From: Craspedostauros australis | Taxonomy: Eukaryota | Length of the DNA: 44,736 nt | Assembly (NCBI GenBank): GCA_030167865.1 | Contig: JALAGF010005356.1 | Coordinates: forward strand, 1-44,736 | Direction: 5' to 3' | Shown here: positions 21,400 to 31,550 of the stretch, piece by piece | Position numbering within the stretch: position 1 is the stretch's first letter | How the letters are laid out: every line of letters begins with the position of its first letter | Notes under the pieces: model-generated | Told to the model about the DNA's origin: nothing | Databases searched by the model: none | What the model saw: only the letters and a program-made list of their open reading frames with translations | Made by a program: the position numbers and the translations under genes

Positions 21400-22490
21400 C
21401 ATGTCTGTGTGTGCCGGGTCTTTTTCATTCGCTACGATTTAGCCTGTCTGTGCTTGCTGATGTTGCACGTCTGACAACTCGGTTCGTTAAGCCCCTGTTT
21501 GTTGCGACGGTGCTGCACGGACATGACAGACACGACACGGACGATAACAACAACATCACGCGCGCAACATCAGACACGGTGCTCGTCTGTGTCTGTGTCT
21601 GTGTCTGTTTGTGCCGGTCTCTTTTGTTCGTTGCGATTTAGGCTGTCTGTGCTTGCTGATGTTGCGCGTCTGACAACTCGGTTCGACAAGCCCCTGTTTG
21701 TTGCGACGGTGCTGCACGGACATGACAGACACGACAGACACGACAGACACGACACGCACGATAACAACAACATCACGCGCGCAACATTGAACGCGTGCCA
21801 TCAGTCTGTGTGTGCCGGTCTCTTTCGTTCGTGACGATTTAGCTTGTCTGTCTGTGCTTGCTGATGCTACGCGCCTGACAACTCGGTACGATCATCCCTG
21901 TTTGTTGCGACGGTGCTGCGCGGACATGACAGACACGACACGCACGATAACAACAACATCACGCGCGCAACATCCGACATGGTCTTCTTGGTCTTCGTCT
22001 GTCTGTGTTTACCAGTCTCTTTCGTTCGTTACGATTTAGGCTGTCTGTGCTTGCTGATGTTGGGCGCCTGACAACTCGGTACGATCACCCCTGTTTGTTG
22101 CGACGGTACTGGTCTACATGACAGACACGACACGCACGAAACAAAAACATCGCTCGCGCAACATCGATCGCACACCATCAGACACAGTCCTCCTGATCTT
22201 CGTCTGTTTCCGTGTCCGTGTCCGTGTGTACCAGTCTTTTTGGTTCGTTGTGATGTAGCCTGTCTGTCTGTGTTTGCTGATGCCGCGCGTCTGACAGGTC
22301 GGTACGATCAGCCCTGTTTGTTGCGACCGTATTGGTCTACATGACAGACACGACACGCACGATAACAACAACATCGATCGCACACCATCAGACACAGTCC
22401 TCCTGCTCTTTGTCCGTGTCTGTGTGTACCAGTCTTTTTGGTTTGTTACGATTTAGCCTGTCTGTCCGTACTTGTTGATGTTACACATGT
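21400..22490. repeat. Tandem array B: ~200-bp period, 5 full copies plus a degenerate sixth
   Basis: Anchor gat(t/g)tag at 21436, 21635, 21836, 22033, 22252 and 22450 (intervals 199, 201, 197, 219, 198). Conserved blocks include ccctgtttgttgcgac and acatgacagacacgacacg. Confidence 0.93.
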
Positions 22491-22851
22491 GACTACTTGG
22501 CATGGTCGGCCCTGTGTGCCATGACTCCATACCCGGTTTGTTTCAGCAATACTGCACGGACGTGCGACCCACGTACAGAATTGCGCAGGCACAATCAAAC
22601 ACAACATGTCCAATCCTCCTCTGTGTCTGTGTATGCAAGTCGTTTTGTGCCAGTTCAACATGACATGGACAGCCAAGGGAAACGAGCCAAACAACATGCT
22701 AAATTGTGCATGTCATTGTGTGTTCAGAACAAATCAACAATAGCAGCGCTTGCCCTGTTTGTTTTACTCTCTCTGTTGCTGAAATTGATGTTTCACTGGT
22801 AGGTGTCACATTTTTGTCCTCCATCCTGATGGTATACCAAGATACATCAGA

Positions 22852-23892
22852 ATGGCATCAGAGACAACAGAGACAACCATTGCAGGCATGGGCATGGAGC
22901 TTCTGGGACAAGCAATTGATCCTGGACTCCAGACTTCACCATCATATAGTGTGCAAACATGTGTCCGAAGCAACCTTGGAACACACACACAAGTGGTGGC
23001 AATGGCATGGGACAGACTGAATGAGAAGGACTTACTGCCTTGTAATGCAACAATGGAGCACCTGCTGTGCACTCTAATGTTCTGAAACAATATCCAACAT
23101 GGGGAGTGCTGGCAGGACAAATGGGAAAGGATGTGAAAACTGTACGGAAGTGGACACGGATTTTTCTTTGTGCATTGGGACTCCTCAGCCGTGAACTTGT
23201 AAGTGGCATGACGTTGGTACATCAACAGCCGGACTGCAACATACACAATGCAATTGATGAGCCACATGCTGTATCTCTCACAATCTCTGTATTTTCCAAT
23301 GTTGCCAGGTGTTGATCCTATCCCAGATATGCTTTGAAGATCGGAAAATGGAATGTGCACAAGGAGCATCAAACATGGCATCCGTAGATGGCACGGACTT
23401 CTCCATCATAGAGCCTACATTGTATGACCCAGGCTGGTATTCCCACAAATTCCAAGCTGTGAGTCTCGGATACAAAACCTGCATTTCCATTGCAAAAGGG
23501 CACCTTGTGTGGGTGGACGGACCGTATCCATGTGGGGAGTGGCCGGACATCAGGATTTATTGAGAGAAGCTCCTACATTCATTGGATTCTTCCAAGAAGG
23601 TTGTTGCGGACTGAGGGTACAGAGGTGAGTCTAACTTCTGCTTGGATCGCATGCAACGCAATGGCATGATTTGTGCATGCCATGAAGCTGTATATAAAAA
23701 AGGTTCAAGAACTGGAAGTGCCTGAAGCAAAAATGGCGGCACTGTTTGGATAAGCACCAGTATGCAATGTACACGGTTGCTGCAATCACGCAATTGGAAC
23801 TGAAACATACGAATCAGCTGTTTAACCTCACCCAAACGATGGGGATCATCCAAGAGATGGATGATTGGTTGGATTCCCTGGTGGAACCGTAG
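22852..23892 (+). pseudogene. DDE transposase pseudogene (DDE_Tnp_4 / PIF-Harbinger / IS5-like)
   Basis: HLLCTLMF/LKQYP (frameshift ~23082), HTH-like KDVKTVRKW, intron 23199-23326 (GTAAGT..CCCAG, phase 0). Then SVDGTDF, WYSHKF, WVDGPYPCGEWPDIRIY*, VVAD*GYRG, CACHEAV, a frameshift in the A-run 23696-23701, and RFKNWKCLKQKWRH..KH..VAAITQL to TAG 23890-23892. The D-D-E triad is recognisable. Confidence 0.9.
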
Positions 23893-23966
23893 GAATAAAC
23901 AATAACCACATGCAAGAAACTACGATGCTCTAGAATAGAAACAACAAGCGCTGTTCAGTCTATTTG

Positions 23967-24839
23967 TCACTGTAATTGCTGGAAACAAACTGCAGTTGGC
24001 TGCACCAACCGAGAACGTATCCCAGGACGAACCAAGGTGGTCTGGAGGAACGATCCTGGTCTCGAAAGGTAAAGACAAGGACAAGGACAAGACCAAGGAA
24101 GAGGAGAAGCAACAGCGGCATGAAGCACTTTGTATGCAATCATGATTGCGTTGTTGACAAACACATGGAAGAACAAGAAGAAGCAGCTTGTATGACATAA
24201 GAACAACAACCATGTATAATACCAGGTAGTTTTGGACTCCTGCATCGAACAAGTCTGGCACATCATCTGGCCATCAAGGTCCGTGGGGATTGGGCCGAGC
24301 ATCTTGTCAAACCTCTCTGCATCCTGATGCAAGCCAACACTATGCCAGAAGGCAGCATCTGCATATCAACCGATGCCATCAAGGAGTCTTGGCAAGGAGC
24401 GGGCTGGGACGGCCTGATATGGACTGCATGGTTGGTGGAGTGGAGAAAGCACGGCCCCAACCCTACTGGGTCATTGGAGCGCCAGAAACCCTTCCACTGG
24501 CAAACCAGAGTGACTCACACACTGTAGCAGGTGGCACTACAATAGTGATCGAGCCGAAATCACAAGCTCCACAAAGAAGGCAAGCGCGGCATCATGCCAC
24601 AGAGCATGGATGCCGATTGCTAAGCCTTTGTAGAGCTGCCTCAAAGATCTATGCATTCCCACCCTGTGTAAGCTTGGTCAGCACCTACCAGGAACCCAGC
24701 CAAGGAGAGCAGAGTGACTGCTAGCTGTGACACATGGCAAGCCGCATACGGAGGCCATAGTTTCTTCAGAGCATCCAGCATAGCTGCACCATGCACCATC
24801 TGCACCCAACATCCTCCAGCGTGACCACACGCCCAGCAT
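23967..24839 (-). pseudogene. Probable third decayed ORF of the transposon, convergent with the transposase; no recognisable family
   Basis: One frame of ~291 codons with only four internal stops (TGA 24680, TAG 24539, TGA 24473, TGA 24368). Protein-like text: HRSLRQLYKGLAIGIHALWHDAALAFFVELVISARSLL...YADAAFWHSVGLHQDAERFDKMLG. Confidence 0.35.
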
Positions 24840-25350
24840 GCCAGGCAGGAGTCACTGCAAGGGCAGCTGGCGCCGCCACGCGTGTCTCTTGTATGTACAT
24901 TGTATATGTACCAGCATACACAATTGTATGCAACCACACGGCAAGGCAAGACCTGCCAACGTTATCCGTTCACACTAAATGACTTATGTGGAATAAACGA
25001 GGCGGTACGAAAGCAGCTGCAGCACATGGTTATGGATTATAGTCTATATGGTACAACAACAACAGAAAAAGAACTGTACACAGCATGCATGGGGAGGAAG
25101 AGAGAAGCAACTTGCATTGTCAGTATGGTAGGCTGGAGTATTATTAGTTGCTACAGGGAGGACCATGTTGAAGTGTGGATGGAAATTACGGACGAAGTCG
25201 AGATGGATGATGGGCTTGTTGTCCCAAGTCTGAGAACAGTGACAAATACACGAGGAAAGTAACAGTGAATCTTATGAAATGGGTGATTCGAACGAAGAGC
25301 AAGGAAATTTGGAAAATGGCAACAATGGACCCACTTTCTATTCTTTCTGA

Positions 25351-25389
25351 GTCGCGATTCGAAAAAAACGCCGTTTTCCCTTCCCCCCC
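25351..25389 (-). repeat. Right terminal inverted repeat
   Basis: Reverse complement gggggggaagggaaaacggcgtttttttcgaatcgcgac; 2 mismatches to the left TIR. Confidence 0.92.
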
Positions 25390-26850
25390 CAAGGGAAAGC
25401 CGGCTTCTCGCGAATCCCGAGACGCCCCCATCAGTCGTTCTTCCCATCACTACAATGACGTCAGTGTTCATTGACAACAACTCGTGACTTTGGGTACCGC
25501 GCAAGTCTCATCTGTCCGATGTGCGCAAAGAGATCTGCCATGAGATCCAGCACACACTCAGAGAACACGCCGGTACTTCCGGCATGGCAGGTGTCGCGGC
25601 TCGTGCATCTACTCGTTGTCGGGTCTTGCCCAAGTCGCAATAGGTAGGTTCCTTTCCGGCAACAGCATTTGTACCATCATGCAGGTGTACCGGGAGCACA
25701 AAGCCTGCCCGATGTGGACATCATGTGCGAGGAGTGGCGAATGCGAGAGGTGGGTGGCGTTCCTGGTTGATGTTGAAAGAGTCCCAGAGTGCCTGGTACA
25801 ACAATGAGGACCAGAACAGGGTAGGGCAGATAACTCGTACTCGACTCTATTGTGGATACGGCATTCTCGCGAATGATAGTGGGAAAAGTTCGCAGTCGAT
25901 GACGAGATGTGGCTCTGTCTCTCTGTCTCCATTGGTAGAGAGCGAGTACGTTGAACTGCCGCGTAGTGCTCACGGCAAAAAGATGAGAGAGCAACAGCAA
26001 CACACACCAATGCCAGCAAGTTGGTGGTGACGATGTCGCGCCGAGATCGAGTCCATGAGTCTGTCGACCGAAGCCGCCAGCGTACCATACCTGTATCTAC
26101 GGGTATACTCGTGTGTATACTGGAGCACAGCACATTGAGTCCGAACGGTAATACTACCACCACACACTGCTGCATATGAGGAATTGTACGACTAGGGCAG
26201 AATGTTGCAGAGTATGGCACCATAGTACGGAGAGTAGATCGCATATTACGAGGTTCGTCAAAGCTATCTCTCTTTGAGGTTGATCGTGGTGGAACATAAA
26301 TCTACGGCGTCTGGGTTTGGCACCGTGAATGGTGGCGAAACTGGGCCTCGACGACTATTCTGCTCGTGCAAGTACTCGTAGGTATTATGGAATACATGCT
26401 TCTTCAACTGGAGTAGTGGTGCGAGTCGAGTGCACAATGTTCTTGGCGGTACCGCTGATACCTCCGTGACGAATTCGCGCACCATTCAGCATCATCGAGG
26501 TTGATCAAATACGTGGCGAGCTGGCTTGGTTCGTTGTCGTGCCATCTTCCACGGAACGAAACGACCCTGGAAAGTTCGGTGTACCAGAGTCCTTGTCGCG
26601 AATCGATACATGGATGCATCGCTTGAGCCATTCGTCAATGACGAAAAGTGCTGTCCGAACATCCTCTCTCCGGGATCTAAGCGGACTTTCCACGACATCA
26701 ACCATTCTGCGTGTACCAAAGATCCGCCTGTCGTCCTTCTGGCGGTTCCTCCGCATGGTTCCTTTTGGGTGGTGCAGTCACATCTTCGCTGCGCACGAGT
26801 ATGAGTGGTACCATCCTCTTCGGAGAACACGAGCGTGCATGCGATGAAGG

Positions 26851-28526
26851 TTATGGCTGGAACTTGGGCTGTGGATCCTTTTGAGCTCCGATTCTGTCAA
26901 AGATCATCGAGAGTGCCTTTTCGGTGGCGACAACGCCGCGTTCATCCGGCGACTCACCGAAGCATTTCGTGAAATGGTCCGATTCTTCGTCGATCAGACG
27001 TGCCATACTGGCGGATGTAACCTCCGGAATGTAGGCATGGCGGCAAGTTAATGCCATCTCGAGATCGTTGTCATCATCGCACATGCAGACCGCGTACGTT
27101 GCGAGGAAGTTGTCGCCGTCATCCTCGGCTGCGTTGTTGCCATTTTCATCGACAACTCGGTCTAGGTAGAAGACTTGTGCCAAATACTTGCAGCTGCTCC
27201 GATGGCCGAAGCAGACGTGCGAGCAAGCACGGTGGGTATGCAGGTAGGTAGGCGATACAGGCGCTGGTGAGCGACAGATCTCGCAGAAGAGAAGCAAGAG
27301 GCATGCATGCACAGCCATCGTAATGCATTGAACACGGAGGATACACGAACCGGGGTGTGCCAACCATGATGGCAACCATGACGCGCGCTTCGTTTCCAGA
27401 CGAGATATGAAGTGGCCGATCAAATAAAAGCAAGCATGGATCCATCGCGCTGCAATCGTGGCGGCATCGACAAACGCAACACTGTGGAGTAGGGTTGATT
27501 GACTCACCAGTTCAGCTTGCCGCTCTCCTCGGGATAGAAGTCCACGCATCCAAGATTGGTGCTGGTCGTGAGGCCTTTCCACGGTTGCACGGAGCCGTTG
27601 GCAAGCCTGTCGAAATTATCCTCCATGACCTCAGACTGTTGCTTGCGATTCACCCGAAAGCATGTGGAGTAACCCTTGGTATCCAGGACGTATCCTTGCT
27701 CCATGAGGCTGCGCGCGAAATCCCAAAGCAACCCATCGCGTTCGCAAACGTCGCTGACGATGGTGGAGTCCTTCATGGACTGATGCAGCTGCAGCAACGG
27801 ATCAACCTTGCCGGATCTTTCCTCCATCCGGGACCTCCATATGGCATCCTCCTTCAACCCGAACGGCTTCAGATCCTGTGGGGTGGCACCTTGGAACCGC
27901 TTCGGCTTGACGATGAAATCGCACTTGTTCGGCGGCGCCTCCGTGGCATAAAAGATGCGTCCTCCGGCCTCGCTGCAGTACGCATCGGCGCGCGGCAGGA
28001 AGGGCAGCCGCGACAATAGCGTCGTCGTCCGCATCCCGCTCACGAGCACGACCTTGGTGCCCGTCTTGCGGATGTCGCGAATCTTGACAAACGTCTTGGA
28101 GGACACGACGCCCTGCATACCGGTGGAACTCGGCGGCAGCCTCAAGATGTCGTTTCGGTCGTTGGCGTTCGATGCCAAGTCCGTGAGGGCTGGGTAATGG
28201 ATCAAGGTGCCATCCAAATCGGAGAACAGAATGAGCGTCTCGTCGGTCGGTGGCCCGTCCCCATGATCCGACATCTCCCCTTTGTTCTTTCCTTCTGCCG
28301 CAGATGACCTGTTCTTTCTTCCAGAGAATGGGGATGTGATTGATGCAGTTCCCCCTCTTGTGGATACGATGGAATCCGGCACCGGAATGCTGTGAGGGGA
28401 GGATTTCGCTTGGGCGCCGCAGATGATCGCTCCACAGAAGATGCTGAGAAAGAGCAGAACGGAGGTGGATAGAACTTCGAACCGCTTGCTGGAATCCTTT
28501 GCTTCTCTTTGCGATCTATGGTTCAT
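26851..28526 (-). CDS. HAD-superfamily hydrolase, Cof/HAD-IIB-like; 2 exons (28526-27508, 27193-26851), ~453 aa, N-terminal hydrophobic leader
   Basis: Motif I FSDLDGTL, motif II VLVSG, SEAGG, motif III SGK, motif IV CDDDNDLEM. Intron 27507-27194 (GTGAGT..GCAG) joins two ORFs in frame. Start uncertain. Confidence 0.85.
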
Positions 28527-30120
28527 GGCTGGTTGGATTGCTGCTGGTTTCGTCCACTCCTGCTCGTACTCGTACTCGTCCGTGTGGCACGATTGCAATT
28601 GATGCCGCGTGGCGTTGTGCTCAAAAGAGTGATCAAGGTCTCGCACTCTGATTGCTCGAATGTTGGATTGCTTGAATGTTTGGATGATGGACCGAGAGAG
28701 TATAATAGAATGGTTGGATGCTTGCTCGATTACTATTATATTATATAATAATATGCTCCTGTTCACGTTTGGTTGAGGCTGTTGTTACGTTGGCGCCGTT
28801 GACCTCTTGTGTGTCATCCTGGTGGTAGGTTCGTTTCGTTTCGGATCTTTCTTTTGGCTTCTCTGTGTGATGGGGATGTGGCTGTTGTGATGGCTGTGGG
28901 CTGCTTCGTTGGATTTGGCTGTCTTGTGATCAGTTTCAGTGCCGACACGATTGAAGATTCATGGCTCATTCGAGACTCATTTCATGATTGTGTCACGTGG
29001 AACACGAATCGTTTTGGAGCCATATGCGTACGAAGGACGGACGTGTACAAGCCACCAAAGACTGGTTCTGATCTCGACATCTTGCTGTTCTCGGTCGTTT
29101 GCACGAGTCCCCAAACGCTTCGCATCTTGCACGTGTGCGTGGACGAGTTGTTCCGTGGTCCTAGCAAAACAGCTGCAATTGCGTACGTCTGCAACGAGTA
29201 TATATGGTGAAATATGAAGCCGTATGTTCGCTTTTGTGCGGGGAATCCGAACAATGCCGCTGGCCGTTGTTTCCGACAGTCCGTTTCAAGAGGCGAAGTT
29301 TTTTAGCAAAGAGGACTTGGAGGTTCGGGCGACTACAGAAAACGAAGACCGCCGGCAGATGCGAGCTGCAGATGCAGATGCCGATGCGATCGGCTCAGCC
29401 CCCTTCGCAGGAAGCGCTATCGCAAAGGCGGCGCGACTGTGTTTTCGGTGGCGAAGATGCCAGCGGTGGGGCTGTTGAAGCGGACAGAGAGCGGAATAGA
29501 AACGCGAAAGGACCAGCGGTCGAAGCCCACCAGTCTTTGGTCGTTGGTGGAGAACTACAGGTCACGAGGCGATGTCCGTGATGAAAGAGGTGCAAGGTGT
29601 TACGTTTGTACAGGTACAGGACAGACATCACCAACAGACTGATGAGCGGACGCCTTCGAATCGGATCTTGGGACTGAAAGAGGTCACACATGACCACGAC
29701 AGGTGGTGTGTTCTCGTTTGGACGAGGACAGGCAGCTCTCTTCGTGTCGTGCACCAGTCACCGCCTTGTGATCCGTTGGGTCTTCGTGAGAAGAGGATGA
29801 AGCGCTGTGGTGTTGAGAGTGGGTTGGTCCACTCATACGAACGGGTGCTCCTTATCCGTGTGTGCGCTCGTGCTTCTACCTGCACGGAATCGTCCTTCCG
29901 CGCTGCCAACTCTTATTTTATCCTTGCGAGTTGCCACAGAGATCTATTCCTCCGCTTCACTCATTTGAGACACATGACCTTTGGGAGGGACGGATTTACT
30001 CTTCTCCAGTGCAACATGGAACTCCATTGCGCTATCGCCTTCACTGGAGATGCAGATGAGACTATCCATCGGCAACCGTGATTCCTGTATCAGCATGGCA
30101 GGTTGATGTCTTTGTCTTGC

Positions 30121-30140
30121 AGAGAGAGAGAGAGAGAGAG
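30121..30140. repeat. (AG)10 microsatellite
   Basis: agagagagagagagagagag. Confidence 0.9.
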
Positions 30141-30527
30141 GAATCCTGTCGATCCCATGAGCCGCGAGTGCCCCACGCGAATGAAAGGCCATGAGAATGG
30201 CAACGCGCAGGCGATTCGCGGACGCTGTGGGACAAGCTACGCCAAAGGTTGACAAATGACGCAGAAGTATGGTTGGTATGTCTGCAGATTCTTCTATCGA
30301 AGGCCAGGCCGGGTTGCATAGCTCTCCATCCGCACTCCTCAGACCTCTACTCGTGCCATCCGAGCCATCGACAGTCTTGAAACAACAACGCATCGTGCGC
30401 ACATGCTTTCTGGAACGTATGAGTGCACCATGAACTATTATAGTAGACTAATTGATATTAGATGTAACTGTGCATGTGCATAGAGTATGCATGTGTATGT
30501 GTGAAGGTATTTGCGTGGATGAGATGA

Positions 30528-31550
30528 TCAAGCAACTGCAGCAGCCAATGCACATCGATCCTGTATGGCGCAGAGTATCATCATGTACAGACGATCAAAG
30601 ACTCGAGCCTCGTCTTCATGCAGACTCTTGTAGTTCATGGACACCAGGAATAGCAGGCCTTGGCGGTAGTGTTCGTGCGCTTCCTCCATGAATCCCAGCA
30701 TACGGTGCACGTGGCCAATGTTCATCGACAGCGCGATGAGGGGTAGGAGAGGAGGGCCTTGATCCTGATTGGCCTGCACGTGCTGCAGCAGCAGCATCTG
30801 GGCTTGGTGATACAAAGCCAGTGTCTTGCGTGCGTGCTTGAATCGCTTGGCGACATCCTTTTCACAGAGCGCCCGTCGATGTGAGGTCAGCGAGAGGTTG
30901 TAGATGATGCAAAAGCTGGAGGCCATGACGGTAACCTCGGTGACTGCATCATCACTGAGAGTGCTGCTGCTGTTGGTGCTGTTGCTGCCGCATCTCTCCT
31001 TCTGCGGTGCTCGTTGGATGCACGTGACAAGAGGAACATCGAAGATATCCATCTGGTGGTTTTGCGGCTGCTGTTCAGTCATGCTTCCATTTGTATGAAC
31101 TCTCCCATCGGTGTAGAATGAAACGCAGAAATCCTCTTGATGATCTGCTAATTCATTCCACTGTTGCCCTGGATTCGTGATGACATTCTTGGGCGCCTGT
31201 TGTTGCCCCAGATGCCGTGTCTGCCACTGTGTCTGCACCTGCGCCTGCTCGTGAGCCGTTTGTGCGTTGGGACCTTTCCATATTTCGAGCTGTGGTGCTG
31301 TCTGTTGCATCTCACGTGCGCGAGAATTGGAGGATGCCGGCGATGTGGCTGTGGAGTGTGACGGAAGTGCAGTCGGCACTTTGATCGCAAGTGCTTGACA
31401 TCTGCTTGTCACTTGCTTCAGCACCGTCAATGCTGGGATGAGGAGAGCAGCGGCTGCTTCGAAACGGCCGTGGGTGATGCATGAACATGCCTCGTTGTTG
31501 AGGTGCGCAATCTGTCTCATACTTGACGTTTGATGCGCGTGAGCCAGCAT
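30528..31550 (-). CDS. Uncharacterised diatom-type TPR-like helical protein (340 aa), paralog of 14339..15403
   Basis: LNNEA...GRFEAAAALL..AL..LK, Q-rich linker, SFCIIYNLSLTSH..RKTLALYHQA..SMNIGHV, ending in AAAVA. Confidence 0.78.
   Translation of the reverse strand: MLAHAHQTSSMRQIAHLNNEACSCITHGRFEAAAALLIPALTVLKQVTSRCQALAIKVPTALPSHSTATSPASSNSRAREMQQTAPQLEIWKGPNAQTAHEQAQVQTQWQTRHLGQQQAPKNVITNPGQQWNELADHQEDFCVSFYTDGRVHTNGSMTEQQPQNHQMDIFDVPLVTCIQRAPQKERCGSNSTNSSSTLSDDAVTEVTVMASSFCIIYNLSLTSHRRALCEKDVAKRFKHARKTLALYHQAQMLLLQHVQANQDQGPPLLPLIALSMNIGHVHRMLGFMEEAHEHYRQGLLFLVSMNYKSLHEDEARVFDRLYMMILCAIQDRCALAAAVA

Larger units (their letters stand above)
16473..25389. mobile_element. PIF/Harbinger-group (PHIS) DNA transposon, ~8.9 kb, decayed, with intact termini
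   Basis: 39-bp TIRs (37/39 identical) starting GGGGGGG. CAA directly precedes the left TIR (16470-16472) and directly follows the right TIR (25390-25392). Internal DDE transposase pseudogene at 22852-23892. Coding parts look CpG-poor relative to the flanks. Confidence 0.88.

Noticed and set aside
19834..22395. Many short repetitive ORFs across the arrays
   Set aside because: A 122-bp period is not a multiple of three and stops recur in each unit; the ORFs are by-products of the repeats.
19984..22490. Arrays A and B as a CRISPR locus
   Set aside because: Units are 122 and ~200 bp, adjacent variable segments are often identical or related rather than unique spacers, no cas genes are present, and the context is eukaryotic.
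18124..23614. TGA recoding (selenocysteine or alternative genetic code) in the transposon genes
   Set aside because: The transposase TGA in AD*GY falls at an expected Arg and co-occurs with frameshifts and Arg>Cys changes, and host genes here use TGA as a normal stop; CpG decay explains the pattern.
25500..26850. Short ORFs between the right TIR and the HAD gene
   Set aside because: No recognisable domains, no coding-like codon bias and overlapping ORFs on both strands.
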